DNA from: a virus
Lineage: Duplodnaviria; Caudoviricetes
IMG/VR virus record: IMGVR_UViG_3300025848_000001
Span: 55,838 to 119,837 of that record
Reading direction: 5' to 3' (one strand)
DNA: 64,000 nucleotides
The notes under the pieces are model-generated. The model saw nothing but the letters and a program-made list of their open reading frames with translations, was not told the DNA's origin and searched no databases. A program made the position numbers and the translations under genes. Shown in pieces: positions 40,164 through 49,758 of this stretch (position 1 is the first letter of the stretch; every line of letters starts with the position of its first letter).

Positions 40164-40377
40164 ATTTTAGCGGAAATACCCAAGTTCCTTTTAAGCTGAT
40201 AGGAATTTTATTTGCTATCCCCCAGCTATCATTTCTAAATACACCATTTGTATTTGAATACCCGCCTGTATTTTTTTTCCATATAATAAATGTATAGTTC
40301 TCCCAATAGGCTTCTATATCTTTATTAGATATTTTTTTTCTAAGTATTTCTACTCCGTGCTCGTTTAAATGTAACAT
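40144..40377 (-). CDS. hypothetical protein
   Basis: ORF downstream of TTGACA...TATAAT promoter (40440-40411). Confidence 0.55.
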   Translation of the reverse strand: MLHLNEHGVEILRKKISNKDIEAYWENYTFIIWKKNTGGYSNTNGVFRNDSWGIANKIPISLKGTWVFPLKYVKYFK

Positions 40378-40583
40378 TAGTCCAATTTGTACTTTTTGAA
40401 CCTATATAATATTATACAGGACTAAAAATAGGTTTGTCAACTATTTTTCTTTAATTTTTACTATCTTTACTGATTTTATTTCATCATCAATGCCAAATAT
40501 ATCTGAAACATATTCTTTAGCATCATCTTCGCTAAATGCTTCAACTTCTGCATTTATTTCTATTTTGATGCTATATTTATTCA

Positions 40584-41123
40584 TTATGCTTTAAATTTAG
40601 GACGACCAAATCCTACTATTGAGATTGGTACCTTTTTGCTATTCTTTTTAAATGCACGAAGTTGCCTACAAGCTTCTCCACCATTTCTTTGGCTTCCCTT
40701 TTTGCTGCTTGAAGTATTACCTTCAATGCACCATACAGTTCCATCCTCGTTGTCTTCAATAACAATTCCGACATGAGAGATCCGATCAACGCCATCTGCG
40801 GGAAAATCAAAATAAGCAATATCTCCTGGCTCAGGATCAGCAAGATCGCCATCAATCCAAGCGCCCGCCTTCTTAAATGCTGCTGCACCACCTGGAGTAT
40901 AAACTGTATTTGGAACTTTAACGCCTGCTTCGTTTGCACACCACATTACAAAACTACCACACCAAGGTTGAAAATTTGCCTTGGTGTACGCTCCATATTT
41001 TGTTTCGTTGTCTTTTGGTCCCTCGATATATCCTACCTGAGATTTAGCAACTTGGATTAAACGAGCAGCACTTCCCTTTGGTGCTTTTGCTGTTTCTGCT
41101 GGTACAATAAATTCATCTGCCAT
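40584..41123 (-). CDS. CHAP-domain peptidoglycan hydrolase (endolysin candidate)
   Basis: PWCGSFV, PGDI, SHVGIV, IEGNT, GFGRP. Confidence 0.85.
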   Translation of the reverse strand: MADEFIVPAETAKAPKGSAARLIQVAKSQVGYIEGPKDNETKYGAYTKANFQPWCGSFVMWCANEAGVKVPNTVYTPGGAAAFKKAGAWIDGDLADPEPGDIAYFDFPADGVDRISHVGIVIEDNEDGTVWCIEGNTSSSKKGSQRNGGEACRQLRAFKKNSKKVPISIVGFGRPKFKA

Positions 41124-41125
41124 AA

Positions 41126-41389
41126 TTAATTTTTACCTCTTCCGAAAATTCCTTTTTTAATTTTAGGAACACAATTGGGAACCTTTTTCCCATTTTTATT
41201 TTTCCAACCAACCATTTCATAACCTTCCCAACAAGGATTAGCTTTTGAAACTTCACTTGCGTATAAAGCTCTTAATTGTGCTTTAGCTTTGGTTTCACTT
41301 TCGTGACAGCCAACTAGCTCATTTGTTCCTTCTTTTACAACAGCATATCCTTTACATCCTGCTGCACCTTGTTTAATATTCCATGGCAT
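41126..41389 (-). CDS. small phage protein (PCW.GY...KVPNCVP motif)
   Basis: motif typical of phage proteins. Confidence 0.6.
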   Translation of the reverse strand: MPWNIKQGAAGCKGYAVVKEGTNELVGCHESETKAKAQLRALYASEVSKANPCWEGYEMVGWKNKNGKKVPNCVPKIKKGIFGRGKN

Positions 41390-41391
41390 AA

Positions 41392-41835
41392 TTAATCTTT
41401 ATCCCAATCTAAATCTATTGGTTGCTCTGCTGGCATTTGACCGTCTGGTTTTGCTTCAAGACGAGCTCTTACTGCATCTAATTCAGCATCTAACTTATCT
41501 TCTGCCATTTTAATTTCAGATTCAAGCTTTTTATCTGCTTGTGTGTTTTTAGCGTCCATTTCTTTATTATCAAGCTGTGCTTTCATAATATCTTTAGCAC
41601 CAGATTGTCCAATTAATAAACCAGCTAATGTTCCTGTAATAAATGTTGCAACAGATCCAAGTACATTGAAAAACATTTTATCATTTTCTGATTGTGCACC
41701 AATTGGTTGCGTAACAAATAGAAGACCATAAAGAATGCCTAATGATGTACATAATAAAATTGTTCCAAGTGTTATTCCAAGAATAAATTTTAATCTAGCA
41801 TCTAAATCTTGTGGGGTTAATCTTTCTTTAGCCAT
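41392..41835 (-). CDS. two-TM membrane protein
   Basis: two hydrophobic helices plus coiled tail. Confidence 0.6.
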   Translation of the reverse strand: MAKERLTPQDLDARLKFILGITLGTILLCTSLGILYGLLFVTQPIGAQSENDKMFFNVLGSVATFITGTLAGLLIGQSGAKDIMKAQLDNKEMDAKNTQADKKLESEIKMAEDKLDAELDAVRARLEAKPDGQMPAEQPIDLDWDKD

Positions 41836-42049
41836 TTTTTACCTTTGATTTCTGATATTCATCCCAAACTGTCTTTCCTACTAAATCTCTTGAGCATGTC
41901 CCGCTAGTTTCGCAAATAGGTGGGTTGCATTCTGGATTTTCCCAATTTGCAGAATCCTGACATTCATAACGATATCTCCCATCATAATTACATGATGTAA
42001 GTGTTATAGCCAGCATTGTGCTGACCAAGGAAGCAGCTATTTTTTTCAT
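41828..42049 (-). CDS. small lipoprotein
   Basis: lipobox LTSC, four further Cys. Confidence 0.65.
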   Translation of the reverse strand: MKKIAASLVSTMLAITLTSCNYDGRYRYECQDSANWENPECNPPICETSGTCSRDLVGKTVWDEYQKSKVKNG

Positions 42050-42067
42050 ATAGCTATTATAGCATTT

Positions 42068-42262
42068 CTATTCTTCTTTTCTTAATGGTATTGTGGCTAA
42101 CCAAATAACTGTAGCAATTAATGTTGCTATCCCTACTACCTGCTGGGCTGTGCCAGTAAGGGTAAGCCAGGCAATAAAAAAGCCAAGAAGGGTGAATATT
42201 TGGGCTATGCTCTCCTTAATAACTTCCCAGGCATAATTAAATATAGCCTTTACTATTTTCAT
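42068..42262 (-). CDS. two-TM small membrane protein
   Basis: hydrophobic helices. Confidence 0.55.
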   Translation of the reverse strand: MKIVKAIFNYAWEVIKESIAQIFTLLGFFIAWLTLTGTAQQVVGIATLIATVIWLATIPLRKEE

Positions 42263-44400
42263 TATATCCTCCTAGTCATGGCTGCTGCCACGATATTACT
42301 TGCAATAATTACAGGAATTACTACTTCCTGCGCTTTTTCTCTTTGATCATCTGTCATATCCTTACCCCATTCTGAAGGGTTTAAGACTTTACTTAAATCT
42401 ATATCTAATACTGCTCCAATTGGATCCGCCAAAAATGCTTCTGTTTGAACCTCAGTTGTGGCATCTGCTAATGTATATGGCATTGCTGCATTTTCAGCAG
42501 CAGCCTGTCTATCTTTAAATTCTACAAATGCTGTTGCTAATTCTGGATTAGATTTCATTGCTTCAGCAATTACTGCAACTTCTGAAGATTTAATTCCTAA
42601 ATCTTGTGCAACTTCTGCCTTTGCTTCTTGTGTTAATGCAACAAGAGTTTGGCTAACTGCAGCAATTTGTTCTTTAGATAATATAACTAATTTATTATCT
42701 TTACTTGTTAAATTAGCTATAACTCCAGATAAATCTTCTGTGGTTCCCGTTCCTTTTTCAGGAATTAATTCTTTTAAATCTTTATCTATTATGATACCAT
42801 TATCTTGTGATTCTTCAGAAGGTTCAATTGGAGTTGGCTCTGGTTCAGGAGTTGGCTCTGGATTTATATCCGTTGGCTGAGGTGAAGGCTCTGGTGAAGG
42901 CTCAGGAGTGGGCTCAGGATCAACAGTTGGTTCTGGCTTCGGTTCATTTGTGGTTTCAGGCGTTGGCTCAGGAGTGGGATCGGTTGGTTTTGTTTGCTCA
43001 GGAGATGGTTCAGGACTAGGTTTTGGTGAAACTTCTGGACTTGGTTCTGGTGAAGGTTCTGGACTAGGCTCTGGATCTGGACTTGCAACAGGGGTTGGTT
43101 GATTTGCTGCAGCTGCAGCAGCCTGCGCTAAAGCGGTAGCAATTTCCCTAGCCATTTGTTCTTCATAATATTTCCAAGCATCATCAATTGCATCATTTAA
43201 ATCAATAATTGCTTGATCATATGCACTATTAGCATTATTTTTAGCAGTTAAAGCATTTGCTGTATTTGTTACAGCAGTATTATATGCTGTGGTTTTTGTT
43301 GTTAATGTTTGATTGTATGTAGTTAATTTAGAATTTTCTGTATTGTATGTAGCAAGCTTAGTATTATATGTTGTTAATTTAGTATTATAATCTGTTTGTG
43401 CTGCTGCTTGAGCAGTCACAGCTGCATTGTATGCATCAACTTGTGCTTGTGTAGGTGCATTACCAGAAGAAAATGTATTTAAATTACAACTAAATCCTAC
43501 TCCCCATCCACCAGTATAATCGCATCCTGCTCCAGTCCATCCTCCAGGAATTGCCCATCCAAGGTGATAAGATCCTGGACCTCCTCCGTTATACCACCAA
43601 ATTTCTACATTTAATGTTTTATTTTGACTAACATCATATATTGGAGAATATGCACTCCACCTTGCTCCCTGTTCTACCCAATTATCAATTGCAAGTTGAT
43701 TATTTACATACATTCTAAACCCGTCATCAGTATAGCCTGCAAACTTTGTTTCGGTCCAATGTGATGGTACAGTTATTGTTCCAGTAAATTTAACAACAAA
43801 ATTTTCATATCTATTTCCACAAACTGGAAGATTCATAGAGTTTGAATTCCATACGCCAGTACATAAAATTTGATCTGGAACCATTTGATTACTTAACCAT
43901 AAAAATGAATATTGTCTTACTCCAGTATAAACTGTATATTGTAAACCTTGACCTCCAGCATTTTGTACTGCTGATTGAGCATTTTGAAGATTCGTATTAG
44001 CAGTAGATAAATTTATTGCTGATATATCTAAAGCATCTTTAGCAGAATTATTTTGAGATAATGCTGTATTAACTGTTACTGTTTGCCCATCTACTGCTGA
44101 TTGAGCTAAATTTTTCTCTGATAATGCTGTTGCTTCTGCTGCTACCGCTACATCGTATGCATCATATGCATCATCTCTAGCCTCTTTTGCGGCTACTGCG
44201 TCATCATATTTTTGTTCTGCAGTATCTATTAATGATATAAATTCATCTTTGTAATTTAAATCAGATACACTTTCATTTAATTCTTGTATATCTTGAGCGG
44301 CTAAACTTAATGGATCATCACTATAAGCAGGGGTAATAAATAGCCAACCAAAGCCTAAAATGGCGGCTAAGGATAATCTCCATAATTTAGTCCTAGTCAA
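42262..44400 (-). CDS. secreted PA14-domain protein with coiled coils and Pro-Glu-Pro-Ser/Thr stalk
   Basis: signal peptide; F.GTI...TDDGFRMYVN...IWWYNGGG PA14 motif; (PEPS/PEPT)n. Confidence 0.75.
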   Translation of the reverse strand: MTRTKLWRLSLAAILGFGWLFITPAYSDDPLSLAAQDIQELNESVSDLNYKDEFISLIDTAEQKYDDAVAAKEARDDAYDAYDVAVAAEATALSEKNLAQSAVDGQTVTVNTALSQNNSAKDALDISAINLSTANTNLQNAQSAVQNAGGQGLQYTVYTGVRQYSFLWLSNQMVPDQILCTGVWNSNSMNLPVCGNRYENFVVKFTGTITVPSHWTETKFAGYTDDGFRMYVNNQLAIDNWVEQGARWSAYSPIYDVSQNKTLNVEIWWYNGGGPGSYHLGWAIPGGWTGAGCDYTGGWGVGFSCNLNTFSSGNAPTQAQVDAYNAAVTAQAAAQTDYNTKLTTYNTKLATYNTENSKLTTYNQTLTTKTTAYNTAVTNTANALTAKNNANSAYDQAIIDLNDAIDDAWKYYEEQMAREIATALAQAAAAAANQPTPVASPDPEPSPEPSPEPSPEVSPKPSPEPSPEQTKPTDPTPEPTPETTNEPKPEPTVDPEPTPEPSPEPSPQPTDINPEPTPEPEPTPIEPSEESQDNGIIIDKDLKELIPEKGTGTTEDLSGVIANLTSKDNKLVILSKEQIAAVSQTLVALTQEAKAEVAQDLGIKSSEVAVIAEAMKSNPELATAFVEFKDRQAAAENAAMPYTLADATTEVQTEAFLADPIGAVLDIDLSKVLNPSEWGKDMTDDQREKAQEVVIPVIIASNIVAAAMTRRI

Positions 44401-44450
44401 CTGATAACTCCCTGTTATAACTTTTATAACAAGTTAATTATATCATTGAA

Positions 44451-44633
44451 CTATTTACGATTATCTGTACTGTAAAATCCTGGGCCTTTTAGATTAATAC
44501 CAAATGTTCCAAAAACTTTATTCATTCTGTTGCCACATTTTTCACAAATCTCTAATGAATCTGCTTGTTCAAATGTTTTTGTTACTTCTATATTGAAATC
44601 ACATTCAATACATGCGTACTCATATCTTGGCAT
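44451..44633 (-). CDS. FmdB-family Zn-ribbon protein
   Basis: MPRYEYAC..C...C..CG...KG.GFYSTD. Confidence 0.85.
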   Translation of the reverse strand: MPRYEYACIECDFNIEVTKTFEQADSLEICEKCGNRMNKVFGTFGINLKGPGFYSTDNRK

Positions 44634-44705
44634 TTTTCTCCTAATTTTAATGAGCAGTTTGTCGTCATGCTCAGGACGGAGTTAAGTATCGATACCTAAC
44701 TCAAT

Positions 44706-45122
44706 TTATTTGATTTTGATGGTTTTTGGCTTCTTCTCTTCGGGAATGTTACGTTCCACAAAGATGTCAAGAATACCGTCTGCCATTTCAGCACGATCCA
44801 CCTCCATATACTCTCCAAGAGCAAAGGTGCGTGTGAACTTTCTGGTTGCGATACCCTTGTGAAGAATCTGATTTTCTGATTCTTCGGTTTTCTCACCCTT
44901 AACAATTAAACTTCCATTGTCTACAGAAACACTTACTTCATCTTTGCTGAAACCAGCAACGGCAAGTGATAACTGATAGGTATCCTCGTCAATCTTTACC
45001 AAATTATATGGCGGATAAGATTGATGATTAGCCTCACGATAGACATTAGAAAGACGGGTTAGATTATCAAACCCGATAAAAAAAGGATCTCTAAAAAGAT
45101 CCATGGCAAATTGAGTTACCAT
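44706..45122 (-). CDS. small heat-shock protein (Hsp20/IbpA-like)
   Basis: YPPYNL, LAVAGF, HKGIA.RKF.R.F.L, DGIL.I, PK.IKI. Confidence 0.92.
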   Translation of the reverse strand: MVTQFAMDLFRDPFFIGFDNLTRLSNVYREANHQSYPPYNLVKIDEDTYQLSLAVAGFSKDEVSVSVDNGSLIVKGEKTEESENQILHKGIATRKFTRTFALGEYMEVDRAEMADGILDIFVERNIPEEKKPKTIKIK

Positions 45123-45202
45123 TATTCCTCCTTTAAGCGAATAAGTTATATAGGCCCCATTTGGCGGCCTATATATATTATAGCAAAATTTTTAAAAAAC
45201 GT

Positions 45203-45790
45203 CTAACTAGGATTTACAATATCTATCGAGAATTCACCGTCATCTTTTATAAAAAAATCTATTAATACTGTTGCTCTTGGCTCTGTAACAACAACTTGAT
45301 GTATTGTTCCTGGTGACATATAAAATATGTCTCCAGCTGATATGTGGTAAGATTCATATTTTAAATCAGATTCATTATATTTAGAATCTAAATCAAAATC
45401 TTCATATATTCTATACTCTATATTCCCTATGCATTGCATTGATATTACGTGTTGTGGATCTTTGTGTATATTATAAGATTCTTCATTACCGACAAAATTT
45501 AATACCATTTTTGCAGAAACTGATTGTTTTGCAACTCTATTATTTAATAATACAGAATTATATATTTCCTTTAATTCTTCTAAATTAATTCCGTCTTGTG
45601 TTCCTACATGCCAGCAATGAAGACCTAATTTTTGTAACATGTATATGTTAGTTGTTTTATTTTTATTTAAAACAACAGCACCATCATCTGGCCTTAAATT
45701 TAATGGATTATTATAATGAAAATTTAAATTATCTAAAAAACTTTGCCAGTTTGGAGTTTTTTTTAAAAAATTTTTTTGATGTATTATCAT
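45203..45790 (-). CDS. JmjC/cupin-like oxygenase
   Basis: HKD...QCIG, GDIFY..PG..HQV. Confidence 0.65.
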   Translation of the reverse strand: MIIHQKNFLKKTPNWQSFLDNLNFHYNNPLNLRPDDGAVVLNKNKTTNIYMLQKLGLHCWHVGTQDGINLEELKEIYNSVLLNNRVAKQSVSAKMVLNFVGNEESYNIHKDPQHVISMQCIGNIEYRIYEDFDLDSKYNESDLKYESYHISAGDIFYMSPGTIHQVVVTEPRATVLIDFFIKDDGEFSIDIVNPS

Positions 45791-45819
45791 TTATGTCCTT
45801 TCATAAATTATACCATTTG

Positions 45820-45892
45820 TGCCTCTAGTTGGACTCGAACCAACACTGAAACGATTTTAAGTCGTTTGCCTCTGCCATTGGGCTATAGAGGC
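45820..45892 (-). tRNA. tRNA-Leu(UAA), short variable arm
   Basis: AACGA-CTTAAAA-TCGTT anticodon arm; GCCTCTA/TAGAGGC acceptor. Confidence 0.88.
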
Positions 45893-45893
45893 G

Positions 45894-45966
45894 TGTCCCC
45901 AGTAGGTATCGATCCTACGACCCACAGATTAAAAGTCTGTTGCTCTACCAACTGAGCTATAGGGAC
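45894..45966 (-). tRNA. tRNA-Lys(UUU)
   Basis: ACAGA-CTTTTAA-TCTGT; T-loop ATCGATA (non-canonical). Confidence 0.85.
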
Positions 45967-45971
45967 CTGCG

Positions 45972-46044
45972 AGCCCCCCAACAGAATCGAACTGTCAACC
46001 TACGCATTACAAGTGCGTTGCTCTACCTATTGAGCTAAGGAGGC
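45972..46044 (-). tRNA. tRNA-Thr(UGU)
   Basis: ACGCA-CTTGTAA-TGCGT. Confidence 0.9.
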
Positions 46045-46048
46045 TTAG

Positions 46049-46122
46049 CGATCCATAACGGACTTGAACCGTCGACCTCTACCGTGACAGGGTAGCGCTC
46101 TAACCAACTGAGCTAATGGACC
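46049..46122 (-). tRNA. tRNA-Asp(GUC)
   Basis: CTACC-CTGTCAC-GGTAG. Confidence 0.9.
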
Positions 46123-46128
46123 ACTTGA

Positions 46129-46641
46129 CTAAGAATTTAAAATTTTAGCCAATGCATTTACTGTAGCAGCAATTCTTCCAATATCCCTTAATTGCTCTAC
46201 TGTAAATCCTTCTTGTTTTAATGTCTCATAATGTGCTTTTACACAAAAATGACATTTGCCAATAATTGAAGATGCTAATGAGTATGCTTCAAAATTAGCT
46301 TTAGTTGTTCCTCCATGTGATGTTATAGCATTCATTCTTAATTGTGCTGGAAGACCTTTTAGATTTGTATCATCAGCCATCTCAATATATGGATACCATA
46401 CATTATTTTGTGCCATGATAGCACCAGCTGTCATGGCAGCATTTTTTTCTACTTCATTTGTAGAGCTTGCAGCAATAAAAGCAATTAGTTTTCCATTACC
46501 AGTTGAAAAAGAAGCTGCTAAAGCTAGATGTGTGGCCAATTCAGGATCAACTGTACTACGATTAATTACAGCATCAAGATTTAGTTTTATATCTTTTGCA
46601 TAATCTGGTAAAGACTCTTTAAGTTGCTCAACCCAAGACAT
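46129..46641 (-). CDS. ahpD: alkyl hydroperoxide reductase AhpD
   Basis: LPDYAKDIKLNL, MAQNNVWY, LRMN, S...KCHFCVKAH. Confidence 0.9.
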   Translation of the reverse strand: MSWVEQLKESLPDYAKDIKLNLDAVINRSTVDPELATHLALAASFSTGNGKLIAFIAASSTNEVEKNAAMTAGAIMAQNNVWYPYIEMADDTNLKGLPAQLRMNAITSHGGTTKANFEAYSLASSIIGKCHFCVKAHYETLKQEGFTVEQLRDIGRIAATVNALAKILNS

Positions 46642-47177
46642 TATAGAGTTTCTCCTCCAAGAGGTCTATTGCATGCACAAAGTTCTCCTGTTTGAAGAGC
46701 ATCTAGTACACGTAACGCTTCATCTGCATTTCTACCAACATCTAAATTATTACATGTTACATGTTGAATTACATTATCTGGATCAATAATAAATGTTGCA
46801 CGATAAGTAACTCCAGACTGGTGATGAACTCCTAAATCACTTGCTAACTGATGTGCGGTATCAGCAAAAGACCAAGAATTTGTTTTCTTGAGATCATCAT
46901 GTGCGTTACGCCATGCTATCTTACAAAATTCATTATCAACAGATCCAGTCATAAGAACTGCATCACGATCATTAAAATCATTTACTAATGCATCATATGC
47001 GACAATTTCAGTTGGGCATACAAAAGTAAAATCTTTTGGATAAAATGCAATTACTTTCCATTTTCCTGGAAAAGAATCTTGCGTAATTACTTCAAATGAG
47101 GAATCGTCATATGACAAAGCCCCAGGCTTAACTCCAGTAACAGCAAAGTTACCTAGTTTATCTCCTACTGTTTTCAT
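46641..47177 (-). CDS. ahpC: peroxiredoxin AhpC (actinobacterial type)
   Basis: FYPKDFTFVCPTE, VGRN.DE.LRVLDALQ, LCAC. Confidence 0.93.
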   Translation of the reverse strand: MKTVGDKLGNFAVTGVKPGALSYDDSSFEVITQDSFPGKWKVIAFYPKDFTFVCPTEIVAYDALVNDFNDRDAVLMTGSVDNEFCKIAWRNAHDDLKKTNSWSFADTAHQLASDLGVHHQSGVTYRATFIIDPDNVIQHVTCNNLDVGRNADEALRVLDALQTGELCACNRPLGGETL

Positions 47178-47208
47178 TTTTCTCCTTATATAAGTGGGAT
47201 CATTCCCG

Positions 47209-47281
47209 CTGGACCACCAGGGCTCGAACCTGGGACATCAGAGTTAACAGCTCTGCGCTCTGCCGACTGAGCTATGGTCCA
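47209..47281 (-). tRNA. tRNA-Asn(GUU)
   Basis: CAGAG-CTGTTAA-CTCTG. Confidence 0.9.
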
Positions 47282-47284
47282 ATG

Positions 47285-47357
47285 CGCCCTTAGAAGGAAT
47301 TGAACCTCCGACGCAGACCTTAGAAGAGTCTCGCTCTATCCACTGAGCTACAAGGGC
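47285..47357 (-). tRNA. tRNA-Arg(UCU)
   Basis: AGACT-CTTCTAA-GGTCT. Confidence 0.88.
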
Positions 47358-47384
47358 ATTTGAATATCTTATAATATCAAAAAA

Positions 47385-48311
47385 TTATAGTTTTGACAAT
47401 CTTTTTATAATAATATTGTAAAAATCTTCTGCTGCATGAATATGCCAATGAAATCCGTTGTGTGCCCCTCTTCCATTATTTTTTATTCTATCTGCAGCTA
47501 TATTAAATAATAATTCATTACTTAAATCTAAGTGGCAATTAATTTCTTTTTGATTATTAGGAAGAACAAGATCTCCTTTCCTAAACCAAGAATTTGCTTC
47601 TATCCAACAATAATTTTTGTGATAACCAGGGTACTTGTCTTCAATTTTTTTATACATATGTGACTGGTACCCTTGAAACCATGTGCTCCAAAAAAAATTA
47701 ATATTATTTGTTTCACAATATTGTTCTAGGGCATTCAACATTAATCTATCATAAAAGAAAGCAATTTTATTTGAAATAACTTCTTGTGGAGTATAAGGAA
47801 TTTTAGAATATTTTGACAACTCATATTCATAAAGATCTGCCGTTAAAATATAATTCTCTTTTACGCCAGGGGAATTAAACATTTTTGCCTGGTTTGCATT
47901 TCTTTCTGGATTTTGCATTTCATTTTCTAAATAGGGATAACAAAATCTATGCATTGGGAATAATGCAACTACTGTTTTGGGATGACCATATTTTTTAAAA
48001 TAAAAAAAACATTTAGCAATTTGTCCAGCCATAGAATCTCCGCCCACTGCAAGAGAAGAAAAACTAGAATTTAATTTTTTTGAAAGCATATCAACATATC
48101 TAAGTCCTTCGGGTAATCCATCTCCCCTTGTATAGGAATCCCCTAAAAATAAAATATCAGCTTGGTTTTCAAAAGGTTGACTCCTATACCCTAAATTATT
48201 TTTTATATACTCAATAGGTATTATATCTTCATTTAATGTTCCATATCCAGCAAGCTGTATGTCCTGTATTAAATAATTTTCCCAACCATCAAAATCTTGT
48301 TCTTCTGACAT
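47385..48311 (-). CDS. SGNH-like protein (paralog 1)
   Basis: N.LGYRS, FLGDSYT.G.G, FP..R, WSTW, H.G.H.H. Confidence 0.6.
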   Translation of the reverse strand: MSEEQDFDGWENYLIQDIQLAGYGTLNEDIIPIEYIKNNLGYRSQPFENQADILFLGDSYTRGDGLPEGLRYVDMLSKKLNSSFSSLAVGGDSMAGQIAKCFFYFKKYGHPKTVVALFPMHRFCYPYLENEMQNPERNANQAKMFNSPGVKENYILTADLYEYELSKYSKIPYTPQEVISNKIAFFYDRLMLNALEQYCETNNINFFWSTWFQGYQSHMYKKIEDKYPGYHKNYCWIEANSWFRKGDLVLPNNQKEINCHLDLSNELLFNIAADRIKNNGRGAHNGFHWHIHAAEDFYNIIIKRLSKL

Positions 48312-48333
48312 CTACATCTTTCTATTATAAAAA

Positions 48334-49758
48334 TTATCTTATAATTTTTGTATTATAAGTTTTTTCCCATTCTAAAATATCTAACTGATCATTCAATAAA
48401 GGCTGGCCTTTAATATTTAAGCTTGTATTTAATAATATAGGCACACCAGTAATACTATACCAGTTTTCTAAAACTTTGTAAAGATCTGGGTGTTGACTTT
48501 TGTTTACTGTTTGAACTCTTGAAGTCCCATCTTTGTGAACAACAGAAGGTATTTTTTCTGGCTGTAAACATTTAACTGCATATTGCATGTATGGACTTGT
48601 AAAATTCATATCAAACCATTTACTTGCATGTTCTTCCATTACTACTGGAGCAAAAGGCCTAAATGATTCTCGTTTTTTAATTAAATTAACTTTATCTTTA
48701 ATATTAGGATCACGTGGGTCTGCAAGAATACTTCTATTTCCTAACGCCCTTGGTCCATATTCTGCTCTACCAGATGCTACAGCAACAATCTTATCTCTTA
48801 TCAATGAAGTAATAATTTCTGTTACTGGATAGTTACTGCCTAGATCGTAGCCAAGATAAGGGTTACTCCAATTTATATGTTTACCATATAAAGCTGCAGC
48901 TGCACCAAGAGATGAACCTGCGTCTCCTGGATTTGGCATAATCCAAACATCATTAAATATATTCCAAAGTTTAGTATTTGCAGAACAATTTAATGCACAC
49001 CCTCCCATAAAAACTAAATTATATTTTCCAGTTTTTGCCTGTGCATATCTCATAAACTCTATTAGTCTTAATTCATATACTTTTTGAACAGCAGCAGCAA
49101 TATCAAACTGCTCTTGTTCTCCTATGTGTTCATTCCAATCATTTATACCTTGATGAAAATTATATTTTTGTTCTTTTATGGATGGAAAATATGCATTTAT
49201 TTTATTAAAATATCTATTTGGGTCTCCGTATGCTGCCATTCCCATCATAATATACTCTTCTTGATTAGGCATAAGGCCTAATAAAGAAGTAAAGGCGGAG
49301 TAAAATAATCCAAAACTAAATGGGTAATTAAACTTTTTTATTAACTTAATTTTTTCATTTTCACCAACCCAAATTGTTGATGTATTATATTCACCTATGG
49401 CATCTAATACTACTATTACAGCATCATTAAATTTACTTGTGTAGTATCCAGCGCAGGCATGAGAATAATGATGACTAAAATATTTAACTGGAAGATCCAT
49501 TGGAATATTCGGTTTCCAGTCAGCAGCACCACCCTTTAAAAATATACGTGATCTTTTAAGCTGTGGGTGTTCATAATATGCTATGTGCGTTGGGACACCA
49601 TAATTAAGCATATCTGTATATATTTCTTTACTGTTATACCAATCATTTTTTTTCTTACTATATCTTTCAGCATGTCCAGCAAATAAAATTTCTCCATCTC
49701 TTATTAAAGAGATGGATGCGTCATGAGAGGTTTCATTAATCCCCAATATTGTTTTCAT
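48334..49758 (-). CDS. carbamoyltransferase (NodU/CmcH/TobZ family)
   Basis: HDAS, HHYSHA, DAIGE, MGMAAYG, GGCALNC, EYGPRALGNRS, FRPFAP, NTSLN. Confidence 0.92.
   Translation of the reverse strand: MKTILGINETSHDASISLIRDGEILFAGHAERYSKKKNDWYNSKEIYTDMLNYGVPTHIAYYEHPQLKRSRIFLKGGAADWKPNIPMDLPVKYFSHHYSHACAGYYTSKFNDAVIVVLDAIGEYNTSTIWVGENEKIKLIKKFNYPFSFGLFYSAFTSLLGLMPNQEEYIMMGMAAYGDPNRYFNKINAYFPSIKEQKYNFHQGINDWNEHIGEQEQFDIAAAVQKVYELRLIEFMRYAQAKTGKYNLVFMGGCALNCSANTKLWNIFNDVWIMPNPGDAGSSLGAAAALYGKHINWSNPYLGYDLGSNYPVTEIITSLIRDKIVAVASGRAEYGPRALGNRSILADPRDPNIKDKVNLIKKRESFRPFAPVVMEEHASKWFDMNFTSPYMQYAVKCLQPEKIPSVVHKDGTSRVQTVNKSQHPDLYKVLENWYSITGVPILLNTSLNIKGQPLLNDQLDILEWEKTYNTKIIR

Noticed and set aside
42458-43102. 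Gly/Ser-rich plus-strand ORFs
   Set aside because: Antisense of the PEPS/PEPT stalk.
45820-45892. Short variable arm in tRNA-Leu as a novelty
   Set aside because: Short-arm Leu tRNAs with UAA/CAA anticodons are known from actinobacteria.
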